Virus record (IMG/VR): IMGVR_UViG_3300009181_001959
Coordinates: 1 to 54,525 of that record
Length of the DNA: 54,525 nt
Reading direction: 5' to 3' (one strand)
DNA from: a virus
Taxonomy: Duplodnaviria; Caudoviricetes
Shown in pieces: positions 52,448 through 54,525 of this stretch. A program made the translations under genes and the position numbers. The notes under the pieces were generated by a model. The model ran no database searches, had not been told where the DNA came from, and saw only the letters and a list, made by a program, of their open reading frames with translations. Numbering within the stretch: position 1 is the first letter of the stretch; every line of letters starts with the position of its first letter.

Positions 52448-53788
52448 ATGAGATTTGTTGAATTTAAAGAAACAGCTACAGCCACAAAAATATATGCCAT
52501 TGGTGACAGTCATGCCGTGGCCGTTGCCGGCACAGGTAAATTTATCAGTCTAGCAACAAATGGTAGAAGTGCAATGAATGGAGCCAATGATGATGCTGTT
52601 GGAAAAGTAACTCCAGGCAGTACTGTGGTGTTAAGTGCTGGTGCCAACGACATGGCAAATCCCAACAAGCAACAAGTCGTGAGTCGTATCTCTAGCCTAA
52701 TCAGTGCATTACAACAAAAAGATTGTAAGGTGTTTTATATTCTATTTGCTGAAACAGATAATCCCAAATTTGCACAAGACCGAAACCAATTGAGACAACT
52801 GGTAAAAGCAAGTTTACCAGCTGGTGTTGAAGTTATTGACATGGGCAAACTAAGTGTGGCCAGCGGAGACGGCATCCATGCTCCAATGGGTTGGTACGCA
52901 AGTGCATCGGCAAAAGTGACAGCCGGAGCAAAGCCAGGACAAGCACCAACACCAGATTCAAAAGCAACAAAGCGAGGGTTATTTGATCCCCCAGCTAATT
53001 ATATTCAAGTACCAACTGGTCCTAAAATGGGCAGTAGAGGAGTTGAAGTTATCAACTTGCAACGTGCATTGATGGCATTGGGCTATGATATTGGACGAAC
53101 AAAGGACGACGGTATTCTTGGCAAGTATACGAGTGCGGCTATTTCAAAGTTCCAAGCAGATAACAAATTACAAGCAACCGGCATTGCAACACCTGAAACT
53201 GTTGAAGCAGTAAACAAGGCAGTTGCCGCTAACCCAAACAAAACTAAATTAGAAAAAGCCAAGCCAGAAGAGTTCAAAGGTAAGATTGAAGTCAGTGCAT
53301 TGGGCGATAAAGAATCAAGAGCAGTCTTGAGTAAAGAAGCAGGAAGTCAAGGCATTAAGGGCAAAGAGCTTGCGGCCTTCCTGGCACAATGTAGTCATGA
53401 AAGCGGCGGCTTTAGATACCTAAGTGAAATATGGGGACCAACAGCCGCACAGCAAGGTTACGAAGGTCGTAGAGATTTAGGTAATACACAAAAGGGTGAC
53501 GGCTATCGTTATAGGGGTCGAGGATACATTCAGCTAACTGGTAAACATAATTACGCACAAGCTGGCCAAGCACTGGGTTTAGATTTACTTAAAAATCCAG
53601 ATCAAGCCTCAACACCAGCTATTGGTGCAAAAACTTCCGTTTGGTTTTGGAAGACCAATGTACAATCCAGGGTCAGTAACTGGGATGACGTCACGGCTAT
53701 AACTAAAATAGTAAACGGAGGATATAACGGATTAGACGATCGCAAGATGCGTTATGCCGCCTTTACACAAGCGATGAATGTGGCCTAA
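52448..53788 (+). CDS. SGNH esterase + PG-binding + GH19 glycoside hydrolase fusion
   Basis: IGDSH, GAND, DGIH; LQRALMALGY..DGILG..T; AFLAQCSHESGG, YRGRGYIQLTG, VNGG.NGL.DR. Confidence 0.88.
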   Translation: MRFVEFKETATATKIYAIGDSHAVAVAGTGKFISLATNGRSAMNGANDDAVGKVTPGSTVVLSAGANDMANPNKQQVVSRISSLISALQQKDCKVFYILFAETDNPKFAQDRNQLRQLVKASLPAGVEVIDMGKLSVASGDGIHAPMGWYASASAKVTAGAKPGQAPTPDSKATKRGLFDPPANYIQVPTGPKMGSRGVEVINLQRALMALGYDIGRTKDDGILGKYTSAAISKFQADNKLQATGIATPETVEAVNKAVAANPNKTKLEKAKPEEFKGKIEVSALGDKESRAVLSKEAGSQGIKGKELAAFLAQCSHESGGFRYLSEIWGPTAAQQGYEGRRDLGNTQKGDGYRYRGRGYIQLTGKHNYAQAGQALGLDLLKNPDQASTPAIGAKTSVWFWKTNVQSRVSNWDDVTAITKIVNGGYNGLDDRKMRYAAFTQAMNVA

Positions 53789-53789
53789 T

Positions 53790-54338
53790 ATGAGTCTAGC
53801 TGGAACACTACTAATAGCACCGCCCAAGTTAAAAAATAACTTTTGGTATAAGAGTGTGATATTTTTAACAGAGCACCATAAGAATGGTAGCATGGGCCTT
53901 ATACTGAACAAACGTAGCCAAATGAGTGTTAGTGAGTTCAGTGAACAAGTGGGCATTCGTTTGAACATTCCTGGATTTATCTACTTGGGCGGACCAGTTA
54001 ACATCAAAGCTCTAAGTATGCTACACAGCAGTGAATGGACTTGCACAAATACCATGCAAATCAACAAGCAATTTGCAATCAGTAGTGCAGAAGATTTGTT
54101 AGTTAGATTGGGTGACGGAGATTCTCCCAAACACTTTAGATTGTTTTTGGGCCTTTGTGGTTGGGCACCAAAACAACTAATGGAAGAACTCAAAGGTACT
54201 CCGCCTAGAGATCATAGTTTTAGTTGGCTCACAGCAAGTGCGGACCACGAAAGCGTTTTTGAAAATGATCTTAAAGATCAATGGAACTCCGCCGTGGAAC
54301 GTAGCGGCAACGAGTTTGTTCAATCAATCTTGGCTTAA
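53790..54338 (+). CDS. YqgE/AlgH (DUF179) family protein
   Basis: GTLLIAPP, SVIFLTEH, GSMGLILNK, GGPV, GWAPKQL..E. Confidence 0.85.
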   Translation: MSLAGTLLIAPPKLKNNFWYKSVIFLTEHHKNGSMGLILNKRSQMSVSEFSEQVGIRLNIPGFIYLGGPVNIKALSMLHSSEWTCTNTMQINKQFAISSAEDLLVRLGDGDSPKHFRLFLGLCGWAPKQLMEELKGTPPRDHSFSWLTASADHESVFENDLKDQWNSAVERSGNEFVQSILA

Positions 54339-54358
54339 ATACAGTTCTGTAGTATAAT
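54330..54358 (+). promoter_or_regulatory. Possible sigma70 promoter (also contains TAAATA)
   Basis: TTGGCT-17-TATAAT. Confidence 0.45.
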
Positions 54359-54389
54359 CAACTGTTAAAAGCAGTTTTAAGGAATCAAA

Positions 54390-54525
54390 GTGGACACGCT
54401 AGTACTAAATGCTGACGGAGCCCCCGTCAACTTTTTACCCCTGAGTACGATAAATTGGCAAGAAGCCATACGCTATATGGTGCTGGACAAAGCACACGTG
54501 GTCGCATGGCATGACGATTGGATCG
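54390..54525 (+). CDS. 3'-truncated HNH endonuclease-like protein
   Basis: GTG after AAGGA; TLVLNADG.P...PLS.INWQEAI resembles the N-terminus of McrA-like HNH proteins; HNH motif lies outside the window. Confidence 0.6.
   Translation, partial: MDTLVLNADGAPVNFLPLSTINWQEAIRYMVLDKAHVVAWHDDWI

Noticed and set aside
1-54525. Stop-codon reassignment as in some large phages
   Set aside because: Conserved genes are intact in code 11, TAA, TAG and TGA all end coupled genes, and no suppressor tRNA is seen

Overview
A 54.5-kb segment of a large dsDNA tailed phage with T4-like traits: uvsY, uvsW, primase, DnaB/gp41-like helicase, TAAATA late promoters and T4 CTS-like N-termini. It uses standard genetic code 11. 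Layout: (1) 1-15.5 kb is an AT-rich glycan-synthesis/modification island (glycosyltransferases, methyltransferases, nucleotidyltransferases, kinase) around uvsY/uvsW. (2) 15.8-21.4 kb holds replication genes, including a 192-aa mini-DnaE. (3) 24.2-35.9 kb is a GC-richer minus-strand early array of about 33 small genes and 2 tRNAs, cut into cassettes by 20 consensus sigma70 promoters with a shared GGAGCG leader. Upstream genes often stop inside the next TTGACA box, and a 3' UTR in the array carries two hairpin loops complementary to that leader. (4) 35.9-37.4 kb is a largely non-coding strand-switch region with palindromes and direct repeats. (5) 37.4-41.8 kb is a second glycan cluster. (6) 41.8-50.5 kb is a minus-strand small-gene region with tRNA-Arg and translationally coupled paralog families. 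(7) 50.5-54.5 kb encodes an epimerase, an M23 peptidase, an SGNH-PG-binding-GH19 hydrolase, YqgE/AlgH and a truncated HNH gene. All calls come from reading motifs by eye; no searches were run.
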